A stretch of 64,000 nt of DNA, taken from the NCBI GenBank assembly GCA_964187785.1, contig OZ076409.1, positions 67,024,001 to 67,088,000 of the forward strand, given 5' to 3'. Source of the stretch: Amphiscolops sp. MND2022 (taxonomy: Eukaryota). Positions 50,901-64,000 of this stretch are shown piece after piece. Position numbers and translations under genes: made by a program. The notes beneath the pieces are model-generated. The model made no database searches and had not been told where the DNA came from. It was given only the letters and a program-made list of their open reading frames with translations. Position 1 is the stretch's first letter. Each line of letters starts with the position of its first letter.

Positions 50901-52590
50901 TCATCCTAGTTGACACTAATTTACTTTATGTAGACGAATGATTGGTTCTTCCAAAAGACATGCTCGACAGCAGGCTACCTGCTATATATTTTGGACATGA
51001 TGGCAGAGATGCCATGTTGAGAGAAGCCGCCGTCGCGTATTGGCACATGATTCCTAGAAAATTGTGAGGAGAGCAAATAGTTGTCCGCAAGGTTGTGCCG
51101 CAGGTAAGATCTTAGGGTGTCCAAAATCACAAAAGGAATTTGGTGAAATACCCGTGGCAGAAAACCCGAATGATGAAATTTCAGTGGATTTCGCAAGCCC
51201 GTTTCGAAATGCCCCCCAAAAATGAAGATTACATGTTGGTGTCAGCATAATCATTCGCGATGGCCGAAAATTTTCATTTTAACAAACCGGACATCGTATA
51301 AAGTACTACAATTCTTGAATGACTATGTTGCACGACACGGTATACCAAAACGAATTTAGAACGGACCCAGGCACAGCGCTCAAAAGTGAAAAGTTTGAGC
51401 TATATTGCAAAATTAATCAGAAAAAATTGTCTTGTAGTCTGTCCTGTAGAAGGTCACAGTTGAATAAAGTTGAACGAATGATTAAAACAATAAATGTAAG
51501 TCTGAGAACAGACAAAAAGTAGTATGAAAAAAACAAAGAAAATTTGAGTTTTATTTGTGTTAAGAACTGAATTTCGGAAAGACGGAACACCAGCGTTTGA
51601 AAGACCCAAGAATATGCAACCAAACATCCCAAAAGCGGCAACGCTAATTAAAATTATTTCAGAAAACGATCCCAAGCTGTAGATAGAAGAAGATGATTTC
51701 AGTGGGATGTGAACTGCACTGTGTTGATCCGAGAACGAGCGAAAGGATCAAACATAGCAGGGGCATTCCAAAGAGAAGGGAAAGGTTGTCAACGAGTCGC
51801 GAAATACAATCACAATCCTATACATTAAAGGGAAGGAGGTGATTGTCTCAAACCGGGTCGAGACGAGGCCAAGTCGAGGCAAACGGAAAAAATGTACCAA
51901 ACTGCAGCAAGTGGTCATATGAGGAAGAATTGCCAGATTGTGAAAAAGTGGCAGAGAAAAAAGCCTGAGTAGACAATATTGCAGAGAAAAGAAGCGGAAC
52001 AGTAATGAGACAAAAGAAGCGAACTGTGCACTTTAAAGCATCGCCAAGCGACAAAATGGGAACCTGGTTTGGGGAAAACCAGAAGACAAGAAAGGGGAAA
52101 CAACAAGTGAACACGCAGAAGTGACAGAGACCGTGGAGAGTGAAGAGGAAGAGGAAAAACAAAGAAGCCGTGTACATAACCTAGAAAAAAGTGAAGAAGA
52201 GGAAAAAATTAGTGCCTGGCTAAGGGAGTGTCACGTTTGACGTAAAAAATGATCATACATGCTCAGGAAGGAATGTTAAAAAACAACGAAGCTAGGCCAT
52301 AACGTGATGGTTAGCGCTGTTGAGGAGAAGTGCAGGGAATCAAAGAATTGCTAGAAGCCTAAAACAATCCAAACAAACTTTTTAACATCGTTGACCATTG
52401 TTTTAGTTGATAATAATTTGCTAAATTTGCGTTACTGTTATTTATATATTTTTTTCACATTAGCCAAAATACAAGCAGAAGCAAAATTTTGAAAAAATAA
52501 TTCACACTAATATTGCACGTTCATTGCATATTGCCAATTCAAATATTACTGCTATTCTTTTTCCTATTGCCTCTACGTCAGACTATAACA
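47995..52590 (+). mobile_element. Old, heavily decayed Ty3/Gypsy LTR retrotransposon
   Basis: Diverged direct repeats (about 47995-48134 and 52455-52590, core catattgccaattcaa..tactgctattct..ttgcctcta..tcagac). Broken motifs in Gypsy order: gag QWIELFELVALAK; RT VKIALDARALN, LDLTYAYEQVPL, YGLTVLPTEF; RH GLDAVLQQ, INELEL, LLPFDF; IN ISVDFASPF, TDPGT, KVERMIKTI. Outer boundaries approximate. Confidence 0.88.
50222..50270 (+). repeat. 10-bp minisatellite (GCTGTATGGA)x4-5 inside the decayed Gypsy RNase H
   Basis: gctgtatgga gctgtatgga gctgtatgga gctgaatgga gctgtataa. Confidence 0.9.
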
Positions 52591-54968
52591 GTTTCGTCTC
52601 CCGGTTTTGTTTCCAGCGCTGGACTCGAAATGCCTCGTTTTGTGCATCCCTGACACGCAGGCTAACGAACATCGACTACATTAAGAACTTCCAAAGAACC
52701 GATCGAAAAATTAAGTTCTGCATTTTCGCAAAACTATGAAAAACAGAATTGGTGAGGCTGTATCTAAGCTAAATTATGTCGATCTGAAGAAAATTCCAAT
52801 TCTTACGTTGCGATAAAAATTGCAATCGGTATTATTCAGTTATTGAAGACGTGTTCAATATTTATCGTTGCCGAATGAGAGGATAAAAGTATTTTATCAT
52901 TTTTGGGAAAACATTCTTTGGTTTTTGAAGGGATGTTTTCCTCAAAAAATGTCAAAACATCAGGCCAGTAGCTGATTTCATCGTTTTCACAAAGTGGGTT
53001 GACTGCGAATACTAAAACGTTTTCGAAGAAAATGAAAGATAATAAAAGATACACATTTTGTACTCTTCCAACAACGAAAATAAATTTTGTTTCTGATTAG
53101 TTTTTAGTTCTTAGTTCATTATTCGTTGTTCACACATTCTGATTTCAATAGAATTTTTTACTCCATCGCCGAAAAGTTTGACGAAGAGTGTAGGCAATTC
53201 TTTTTTGAACAGGAGTTTCTTCATCTTTTGGCAGTTGTACATCCTTACTACAATTTGATAGTAAACAGTAGTGTATCAAAAATTGAAAACCCTTTTCACA
53301 TGAATACAAGTTTTACAAAGTTCTTTTGAGATGACACTGTATGTAGAACTCTTTCAAAAGCCCTTTTGGACCCTGTTTTGGAACATTGAAAAAGGGTAGA
53401 ATTTTTCGATGTTCGTCTTTCCGGCATGAGATTTTTTGCTAGAGCGAGATTATAATTCCAACGATTGCGTAACTGTACGTTTTAAAATGGAGTTGGGACA
53501 CTTGCTACTAGATAGACAATGATGTGAATATAGTGGAGTAGACCTATTGAGACGAGTACACAAAGTAAACAAATTCCTGGTAGCAAACGTCCTGTAACTT
53601 TCAAGAACATCGACGCATAATAAATTATTTAGTCTCGAACAGGAACAAAAAAAACTATATATAAAACTTCTAAACCCGGCAAGCCTCCAAAACTCCCGTG
53701 GCGTGGCTTAACAAAAATACCTACCTTGAAAACAACCAAAATAACGGTAAATTAATGGTGGTACTTTTTGGTATAATCGGAAGGACTCAAAATATGAAGG
53801 ATTCTATTTTCAGTGAAATTTGCAATTTGAAATATTTGCTTGGAAAGAACATAGGTTGCAAGCGAACGAAGGGCCGAGACAGCGGGTTTTCCCTCTATTC
53901 TGCCGATTGAAAGAAATATGAAATGCAAATAAAATAGCAAACAAACTGTCAATTATCGAGTAATAGAACGAAATCAGCGGAAATCTGGTTAACATCTATC
54001 AAATATTTCAAAACTACCGAAGGATATGTTTATGAACACGTTTGCAGTAAAGATTTAAATTTAGACTCTTTATTTGAAATATCCTTACTGGCAACATCTG
54101 GTGTTTCAAATTTTGTCCTGTTTCTGGAATAGTGAATGAAATTGTTCTTTTTCTAGAATTTCCCGCTAGAGCTAACTTCAAAGTCAAATAAACCCTGCAC
54201 AATCTCAGATAAGACGGATTACACAGCTTTGAGCCCCAAAATTGATTTCATAAGGCTAGTTATTGTGGTTTTGTCCATTGTTTTGCACGAACTATCATCG
54301 TTACAAAAATATATTGATAGCACGTAACATTTTCTTTCATTTCAGAAAAAACACTGTCTTCAAAAGGCACTTACAAGAGTAATCAACATTTTTAGGTGGA
54401 TTAATTATTGTACTGTACCGAAACACAAGAAATTAGGTTCCTGAAAAATGATTGAGTCTGTCATTGTTGCCGGGGTTCCTTTTTTGGTCTGAATGCGTGA
54501 GTGATCTCGTGAAATATTTAGGGATTCTGAAAAATGTATAGAATATACTTGCAAGAAAGGCGCAGAAAAATGAAACAACCTCAATTTGTGAAAAATGACT
54601 TCTTGATCAAAATAATTTGACTCAAGTCGACTCCATAATTAGAAGAGATGAATAATCCGGTATCGAAATTGAACAGGGCAAAAACATGATCATGTATGAT
54701 TGGTTATGTCAACAAGACGCCCGCCGACCAAAAAAGAAAGTTTTGACATCTCGATTCATTTTATCCCATTTTCAAAGCAAATAATTAACTTAAGGGCACA
54801 CTAAGTACCTATTTGTTTGAAGTTGAAGTGTGTTGATACCAGTACCCAGGTTAATTTTTGAAAATACGCAAACAAAAGTCAAAATTGTTGAGAATGAAGT
54901 AGGAAAAATAATTTTCTGAAAAATTAGTTCATCCAGACATTTTCAATAGTTTCAATCAACAATTCAGG

Positions 54969-55130
54969 TTTTTAGTCGGCGCTTTTCTTAAGGAAAGAGT
55001 CGACTATGTCATGGCTTTCTTTTCGATACACCTGAAGTGGCCAGAATAGTTCTACCAAAAATTCTACAAAATTTCAAGGTACTGCAAAAATGTACCTGTT
55101 GGCCCAGGGAACTGGACCAAGAAGATTTTT
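54969..55130 (+). mobile_element. HINE 5' fragment, opposite orientation, related to the 4046-4426 copy
   Basis: tttttagtcggcgcttttcttaaggaaagagtcgacta followed by the reverse complement of sequence at about 4235-4340. Confidence 0.65.
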
Positions 55131-57052
55131 TTCAGTTCTGATTGTTTTCAATGCTTTCCTAAGGATTGTAAGATCATCGGAAGTGTGAACTGGTTCTAAT
55201 AACTGTTGTGGAATTCATTGATAAAGAATTCTGAATTTTTCAGTTTTCCGACTAATTTGAGGTCTTTCTCAGGTATTTTTAAAGCTAACAATTGCATCTA
55301 ATCTCCTCATAAAGCGTATTGAATAGATAGTTAATATGAGGTTGGAATTTTGGAACCTTCTCACTCACGGAATTGATTGAAAAAAAACAAAAGTTGCATT
55401 AAAAATCAATAGATTGAAAATTTTGGTATTTTCGACTATTTTGGGGTTGCTTTGACGAACTGTTCTACCAAGAAGCTGCATATATCTTTTCAAAGAAGTC
55501 TATTTATCAATGAATTGTTTCGTTGTCAAACGTTTTTAGCGTTCTAACCTGCAAAGTTTTTCGAGAAACTTTGCAAACAAGACGCCCGCTGAGCGGCGAG
55601 ATATTTTCCGCCACAAACTGTTCTACAATTAAATAGATTTGAAAGTGAAGAACAGCCAATGCACTATGAAAACGCAAAGAAGTTCGAAGAATGGAAGGCT
55701 TTGATTTATTTTAGCCTATTATAAAATAAACCCCTAACTTATAATTTCTGCGATAGCTGGCTACTTTTCATTTTTGGCACTATGCGACTCGCCGAGAAAA
55801 GAGAAAATTTTCAATAACGTTTTTGAAAATAATTTTTGAAAAACATTTTTTTGCAATTTTTAAATTTTGAGGTTTTCTGTAAAAGAAATAGGTTTCCCAA
55901 GTCTTGAGGGTGACTTCTTTGTTACTTTTGATCATATGGAATTGACGAGGTTTCTTCTTGATTTTGGAAGTTACCTCATTTCAGTTTTTCCACTCCTTTC
56001 CGAAACTTTCATTTGGTCATAGAGTACCCCGTTGCATTAATAGCTCATTTCGGCTTGAGACAGGTAGTTTTACGAGCTGAAGCTCGTTTCGCCGTCGGAG
56101 AACTTTACCGGAAAAAATTTTTAAAAATGGACTTTTCGTGATTGTTGTTGGGCAAAAGTGGTTTCCTAGTCTCAGGCAAACTTTTTGAGGTAAGTTTAAA
56201 CGCTGAGAAAATGGTAGAAGCTTAAAAAAAGGTGTTTTTTGCAAAATTAGGAAAATTCAGCGATCCGGGTTTGTTATATTATTGCACATAGTTTCACACG
56301 AAGTGTCAAAAACTGGAAATAGTTTTGACAACTTTGGGGTCAATTTAAAGAACTTTTCTAACATGAATCTACAGATATCTCCTCAAAGTTAGGCCTACTG
56401 GCTGCCGAGTTTAGCTGTTGTAGATTGTTTACACCATTCCATCCCACGAAGTAGATCGAAACATCTTTCTTTGGAAGGTGTACTCCATATCTAGTGATTT
56501 TGCTTGGAGGTTTTTGATTATTAAATTTTTTATAAATGAGGTCGAAATTTACGTAAAGTTGGGCAAATGAACTTGTCTGATATTTTTTCGAAAGACTACC
56601 GGTAGCTACACATTTCAAATTTGAGCTTATGGTATTTCTGATTGAAGTATATTTTCGGAAAGTGTCGAAAATTGGGACTATTGTCGAAAATAAAGAAAGT
56701 TCGGAAACTTTGACACCTTTGTTTTAATTTCGATGAAATTCATCCCACTTTTTCCCTATTTGCGTTTTGAATACCGAATACATTACAGTGGGGTAACCGG
56801 CAACGAAAATGCAGATTTTACTCGTTGTGCGGCTCGGAAAATGATGGACATGAATGAATGTATGGGCCAAAAATGCCCATTCGTTTCGCAGCCAAAACTG
56901 TTGCCTATTGATTTCCGAGGAAGCACAAGCTACGTATTGAGTTTCTTTGCAGGAGCGATGGCTTTAATTGCCCATGCATACTCGTTGATGAGAGTAAATT
57001 GGGCAAGTAATTCCATCGCTTGCTCAAAGAATTTCAAGATTTAGGAAGTTAA

Positions 57053-57219
57053 AACTAATCCCATTTTTTGTTCAAACCACGACAGTTTTTGAAGAATAGA
57101 ACTTCCAATGACCTGAGAGTTGAAACTATAGGGTAGTACCCTATAGTTTCAACTCTCAGGTCATTGGAAGTTCTATTCTTCAAAAACTGTCGTGGTTTGA
57201 ACAAAAAATGGGATTAGTT
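57053..57219. repeat. Perfect 167-bp palindrome (83-bp arms, 1-nt spacer at 57136)
   Basis: Arms checked base by base with no mismatch; centre tatagggta-g-taccctata. Confidence 0.97.
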
Positions 57220-57279
57220 AGTCAAACAACGTGATTTTTTGTTGTTCCACCGATTTTTGGGTGTTCCATGGTGAACACA

Positions 57280-58680
57280 ATCGTTCCTTGGTGACCCTTT
57301 TCAACGTTCCAATCCAAAAAATTTGTCAAATATTGAGAACAAAATGCATAAAATCTTAGGAAATTGGAAAGTTTTGTGAGTTTTGTCTTTTTCGGTGTCA
57401 ATTTGAGACATTTCCACAGAGAAAACTGCAATAAACTCTCCGGAAGAGTCTACTGGACAAAACATTCCTTTTATGTGACCATTTTCAATGTTCCAAACCA
57501 CAAAGTTTGTCAAAAATTTTTAAAAAAGATCCATAGCATCATTGAAAAATTTGAAAATTCTGGGAATATTGGTATTTTCGGAGTCAATTTGAGACATTTT
57601 CATTCAAAACTTTGCCATTATCTCGTCATAAAAGATTACTGGACAATCAATCCCTTTTTCTTGTTGACCCTTTAAAACATTCCAACCCATGAAGTCTGTC
57701 GAAACTTCAACAAAAAATGCATGGAAACATTGAAAATTGAAAGTTTTAGATTTTTGTCATTTCCGGTTTCAATTTGACATTTTCATTACAAAAACTTCAA
57801 TAAACTCCTCAGAAAAGCCTACTGGACAACACATTCTTTCCTTTTGGGTTACTTTCGACGTTCCAATCAACAAAGACTGTAAAAAAACTGGAAAAAAATG
57901 CATTAAAACTTTGGAAACTGGAAAATTTTGAGATTATTGGTATTTTCGGTGTCAATTTGAGACATTTTCATTCAAAACATTGCAATTATCTCGTCATAAA
58001 AGACTATTGGACAAACAATTGTTTCCTTGTTGACCTTTTTGACGTTTTAAAACATTCCAATCTACAAAATCAGTCCAAAGTTTGACCAAAATTGCATAAA
58101 AACTTTGAAAAATGGAAAAATTTGGATTTTTTGTCATTTTCGGTGTCGATTTCAGATATTTTTCAAATAAAAAAACACCAATTTTCTCTTCACAAAGGAC
58201 TACTGGACAAAGAAGTCTTACCATGATGACCGTTTCCAACATTTGAATCAACGAAGTCTGTCGCAATTTTGACAAAAATTGCATGAAACTTTGAAAGTTG
58301 GAAAATTTTTGGATTTTTTGTCATTTTCGGTGGCAATTTGAGATTATTTTCATTCAGAAAACAGCAACTGTCTCCTCGGAGAAGCCTACTGGACAACGAT
58401 TGAGCGCCATGTTGAGCTTTTTCAGCTTTCTAATCTACGGATTCTATCGAAATAATGACAAAAAATGCATACAAACGTTAAAAATCGGAAACATTTTGGT
58501 TTCTTTGTCTTTTTTGGGTCTTTTTCTTCCGAAAAAAACCGCATTTATATCTTCATAAACAACCGCTGGACAACGTATTTGTGCCCTTTTGAACTTTTTC
58601 AACATTCTAATTTACGACATCTATAGTAAAATTGACAAAAACGTTTTTTTGCAGTTTTTACTCTTTTCGGGGTCATTTTC
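57280..58680. repeat. Diverged satellite-like tandem repeat, monomer about 185 bp, about 7 copies
   Basis: Anchor tactggacaa or a variant at 57451, 57637, 57820, 58005, 58201, 58387, 58564; also recurring ttttcggtgtcaatttgagacatttt. Confidence 0.85.
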
Positions 58681-59859
58681 GGGTCATTCTGGGGTCCTTG
58701 GGGTCAACTAAAAAATTCCAAAAATCTCCACAAATATAAATCGCACGAAGCTGAATTTGTTTGATTTGAATTCTTTGGGTAACATCCTTAAAGTTAAATA
58801 TGAATTTGGTGCTTCGAAAGTTTTGTTTAAAAAAGACTGTTTGATTTAAACATTTTCCTTTCATGAAATATGGGCGGAAAATAATAATGCAGATTACAAA
58901 TACATTTTTTGGCTTATACTAAGGTCTTTTTCTAGCAACACCTACAAATTTCTCTTCAACAAAGCGTACTGCACAGGTGTTACTACCATGAATAGGCTGA
59001 ACGTTCTATATCTCGGAACCCTTCGGAAATGCATGGAAAACGTCAAAATTCGAAAAAAAATTCAGAATTTCGACAATTCTTGTTTCTCTATTAATAAGTT
59101 TCGGACCAAGTAATTTTGTGGTAGTTGAATTCTGTGGACGAAACTCTATAATTTGGATAAAATTACGAAAGGCAATTTGTGCAAAAAGATGCAGCTGACT
59201 TTCTTTTCCCATATGGATTATTATGATGATAATAATAAATATCCTCACTAATAAAACCAGATTGGAAGAACGTGAAGTCAGTTGAGCATTGATATAAATT
59301 TGATTAGCAACTCTATGAAAACCAATCTCTCACAGAAAAATAAATATCAAGCAGAGTTTTAACACAGCAAATCAGCGGCCACGCAAAGTTTTTTAACCGA
59401 TTTTATTAGCGATTCAAATTAGCGGCGACTAATAGTTGTACCAATTCGAAATATTGTATACACGGAGATACAACTTGAATTTCGAAACATTACAATTCCC
59501 ACCCTTGTAAAACCCACACTGTGTGAAATATCATGGTCTTTTTCTTGAATGAACAAGAGAAAAAAGTTAACTGCTGTATTACTGGAATTTCTAGAAATGG
59601 AGTCTGAAATACGAATTCCAAAAATGAACAAAATTACATTTAGGAAACGCTTTCAGTTCAAGTCCCTTATCATAAAAGGTTTGTGTTCATTTTGATGAGT
59701 GATTTTTTTAAATTAGGTTTTTCATTTTATAGTTATTATATTGAACAATTTCAGTCTAAAACAAAAAAAGTTAAATATATGTTTAACTTCAAGATAATAT
59801 GTAAACATTCTGTAAATATTCGAACAAACACATCTTGGAAGAGGATTTCAAAAACTTAC

Positions 59860-60141
59860 TTCTCCGAAACTGCTGACGGAGTTTGAAGTAGCAGGCCGAC
59901 TAGTGAATGCATCCATGGGAAATTCCGTGATCCTACCACTGGCAGTGAAACTGGAACATGTATTTTGAGAACAGAGTTCCGTCAGAAACGGAGGAAAACT
60001 CAATTCGTGGAGTTTTTCTTGGAACCTTGATTTGTCGGCTGAAACTGACAGAGGATGATTCCAGACAAGATCCAGATTTCCATACGCCGACTCTTCTTCT
60101 GGCCAATTTTGAGAAGTGGTCATCGAATCATATCCAAACAT
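59860..60141 (-). CDS. Probable first coding exon of the unknown host gene (MFGYDSMTTSQNWPEEES...SSFGE)
   Basis: ATG in GCCGCCATG context, 94 open codons, canonical GAA|gtaagt donor in phase 0 matching the phase-0 acceptor at 12809. Confidence 0.6.
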
Positions 60142-63100
60142 GGCGGCGTCAGTGGTCACAAAATTACAAGTGAAAGAGTATAGAAAAAGTATATAAAACT
60201 ATAATACAGGTGAGGTTAAGTGGCCTGCAGCGAGTTACAAGAATCTAAACTGAAGATCCGTTTTTGGGTACATGAACACGTGAAAACATGTGAAGGATTT
60301 CCCGGTTTGGGAGTCATTTGGGTGAACAAATGACGGAAGTAAACATGGAAATCTGATCCAAATTCAACAAGTAAGCTGAATAAGATGTGATCAAATATGT
60401 GGCAACAAGAAACCCGCAAAATGAGACAAACGTAAATTCTTCAAAGGCGACAAAGGATTTCTTTGAAACAGCATTCTGTCAATTTCTGTTTATTAATTAA
60501 ATCCTTCCGGATTTAGATCTCCATTTCTTTGCTCTCTCAAACTTCACTTTTCGGCTATACTTACTTCCTTCCAGGTAAAAGGTAGTCGAAGAACCGGGAA
60601 TAGGTAAAAGTCAGCAGTTAATAAAGATCCAATTTCACAGTTTTTACCGGACTGTGATAATTTCGCAAATCCATTCCGGTGCCGCTCAGTAGCGATAAAT
60701 TACCCCCATCAGAGTTTGATTGCGCCAACAATTGAAGTAGCTTTTAGGCCAACTGAGTCTTTTGTGATAGGACATGTCGATATACTAAGGATAAGTTTTA
60801 ACGAATTCAGATTGCAAAAAGTATAAGCTGAGCTCGGAATGAAAATCTCAGGGTTTCGAATTTCCAGTTACACGTCAAACTAAATGATTGACAGTTGATA
60901 GTTCAGCGATATAGAAGCAAATGGTGTGATTATACAAAAACAGTTTATATTTAAAGAAAGCCCTAGCAAATTGTTTTTATTGACTGTTAATATCCCATTA
61001 TGAGCTCAAAGGATACTTTCTGTAACTCTACAACAATGCTAGCATTTCTCGAGAAGAAGTTGCAAAGTGAATTCATATTTAAAGACTTGGACTTTTCGGT
61101 CAAAAAATATCCATTTAAAACATTCTAGCTTTCAAAATGGATCTCAAAATTAAAAACTCAATGCGTTCCTGGAAGTTTCTTTTAGAAAGTCACAAAGGGC
61201 TCTGAATAAGATCGTTTGGAATTATAGAAATAATTTCAATTATCGACAAGAAAGATTGAAAAAGGTAAGTAATAGAAGTCGCTACCGACAATTAAAGTTG
61301 CTACCGATCATATAAAACAAGTGAAGGCGTATTTTAGTAGGCGCTTTCAGTCAAGGCTTAAAAGGCCAGACTTTTATGGTAACTTTTTTCTTATTTAAAG
61401 ACAAACACGAATCCGAGGAAACCTGATAGATATGGCACTTAATGGCAGTTGGTCTAGTAGTGGCTGGAGTCTTGGCTTCCGATGTTGGAAGACGAGAGCT
61501 CCATTGCCGCCAGGTTCCAAATTTTCTTTATTTCTGCGGACTAAACTACTTTGATAGAATTTTTCCAACATAGTACAAAACTCAGGGAAAATGAACTTGT
61601 TCCTTGCTCCTACAACTCGAAAATTGAAAGCACGGGTTCGCGTCTACCATCATTGAACTGTAACGTCAGGCAGTCGATGTTACAAAATTTCGATGGAAAG
61701 TTCGAAATGTGCTGTATCAAATAAGCACATTCAAGATGGCCGACCGGGCAGGTACGAAAATCGTAGAACCAAAAAACGTAAAAATCGACAACCCCGTAGT
61801 CCGCGACACCCGAAGGCACCCGGAAGAGTCTGAAAAGAGAGCGAAACCCAGGTGTATCATCCAGGAAGAGACCCTCCAGAATCAAGGTGCAACCTGTCAG
61901 TGGATCTTTGCAAGAACTCCGGAACCTTCTTGAAGATGCCCGAGGAACTCTTATTAGTTAATTTCATTGTTGTTTCATTAATGTTTTTCGCAGATTTGTG
62001 ATGAAATTGGATCTAGCAGAGAAATTGACATTTTCGTGAAATTAGATCCGAAAAAGTGACACCAAGAGTACATGATAGTTTTTTTAGCTCGGATTGCCAG
62101 ATAATGACCTGAGCACTCCAGTAATATGTGTTTTGGGGTTACTTGGACATCGCACACGTTCGCTTACAAAATTTCTAGTAGCTAGGACGCCTAGAAGGCG
62201 AGTTTGACGAACCGATTTTTTTGATACTACTGTCAAGTGACCGCAATTCGCATAGAATCAATTTTGGCGCAATCGGAGGTCAATTCCCCATGATTCAGCC
62301 AATATAGTACACGGCGTGAAAGGTCGCTAGTACTACTAGAAAAGATTTTCATTTTCCTCGAACGTGCAATTCTTCAAAAAAAGCTGACTTTGACGAATTT
62401 TGCAGAAAATTGTTCATTTTTCCCAAACACAGCCTCAAGCCAACAACGCAACGATATCATTTTCACCCTAGACACCCGTGTTACGGTTTGCTGAAACGTT
62501 TAATACAGCGTTTGGACCATTCCAATTTTCATGGTCTGTAGAAAAACGGCCCATGAGACTAAGCAGTGAAAATCGCGAAAACTGATTTTTCCTCTTAACT
62601 GCAAGCAAAGTCATCTTAGTGTACATTTTTCATTGGGACAACACATAATTAGCAACCAATGTGTTGTGCAAAAAACAAGCATGCGTTGTTTGACACTTCA
62701 GAAGTTTAGACTTTGTACGCAGTGCGTCTCAATGTAGAACATCGTTGTTTTGGCGAAAATACGTTGTTTTTGAAAAACTACGCTTCTGCTGATCGTACTA
62801 CGATCATAACTGAAGAAATCACTTTGAGCTCAGTGTTTTCTTTTGTACTCACCCGCAAGGTCTGCCCTTAACCCTGATTTGCCCATTTGTCCCATTTTAT
62901 GGTCACAAAGAATGGGCAGCACGAGTAACATTTAGCACAATCAAGGCGCAGAACTTGGTGATTCCTTTACCAATCACGGCAAAACTTGTGTACAGACCCA
63001 AAATTGTTTTGTTCATACCATTAGCCTAGCCTACCGCTGTATAAAAAATATAGATTAGTGCAGTGTAAACCTTAGTTACTTTCCAAAGTATCTTTTCAAA

Positions 63101-64000
63101 AACAAACTCGAAAAACTTTCTCCAACACTAGTGGAGAAAACATTTTGTTCTAGATAGTAGTGCTTAGCACCAATTCATTTACCTTAGAGACTGTAGCTCG
63201 CAGGCCAACATTTCTCCAGTTAGAACCTAAAACGCCGTCCCAAGCTGTAAGCTCATAATCTTATTTATAATTTGTCTTACATTGGGAATTTCAGAGGCTT
63301 TAAGTTCAAGAATGCTGCTCCATTAGCCTGTGGCTAAATTTTTCACAGTGGAAGGAATGAGTGAGACCGCAAGCAATTCAAAAACAAAAGTTTATTACGT
63401 TTTCAAAAAACTGTCAATGTGAAAACGCCGGACAAGATATTCGCCCGGGGAGTACTTGCACCCTCCCCGTTCAACAGTTGTGTTTTCAAACTTCAAATGA
63501 TTGCTGCTCTAAAACGTTTTATTTCCAAACATTTTTCATGATCTACTCCAAAGTTTCGTTTTTAACTTCTGTTGGTCTTGTCTATCATCCATATTGACTT
63601 AATCATTTCTTTGAAAAGCAGTTTACTGCCATCATTTACCTATACACTGGTGCTTACGCTACCTAGACAATAGATTCAACTGAGCGTATACTGCCAACAC
63701 AAAAGACTGAATGGATCTTCTCTTCTGATGATAATTTTGATGATTTGAGATTTGCGTCACCAGTGGTGCTATTTATAGCGCAGTTTCCGTTGGACATCCA
63801 CTACGACACTTTTGCAAGATCATAGCTGTTACATTCAGTTTCACTTTTCAAGTGCTATCGTGCAATTTGTAACCTAACTTATCAAGTGGGCCCCAGCTTC
63901 GTGCCAAACTTGATGTGATGTGATGAGATCATTTTGTACAGATGCCATAACAAAAAGCGCTGGAAACTTTGGTACGAAATTAAAACTTTGAAAACATTTT

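Noticed and set aside
52620..54320. Possible decayed Maverick/Polinton coding remnants (SYCGF resembling an adenain-type protease motif)
   Set aside because: Too degenerate, with no continuous frame; would need tblastn or HMM support.
61610..61933. GC-richer island with short ORFs on both strands
   Set aside because: No recognisable domain and no convincing pair of splice sites.

Overview
AT-rich, repeat-dense eukaryotic (probably invertebrate) genomic DNA; the organism cannot be identified from this window. Main contents: (1) a probable spliced host gene on the minus strand (ATG at 60141, exons 60141-59860, 12809-12653, 12190-11917, optional 21-nt micro-exon 11308-11288, last exon 5746-5605) whose first intron of about 47 kb holds most of the mobile DNA; (2) a young head-to-tail array of five ~5-kb composite units (13684-46480); (3) a 9.1-kb frameshifted BEL/Pao LTR retrotransposon (37017-46126, minus strand, GTAAC target-site duplication) inserted in the last unit, with TG...TA ends, a tRNA-like A/B-box module in the LTR and a disrupted extra ORF upstream of gag that resembles an SGNH-fold protein; (4) an old decayed Ty3/Gypsy element (about 47995-52590) and the probable 3' LTR of another LTR element (856-1881); (5) many short Helentron/DINE-1-like (HINE) elements; (6) a perfect 167-bp palindrome and a ~185-bp satellite. 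All protein-family calls come from motif recognition by eye; no searches were run.
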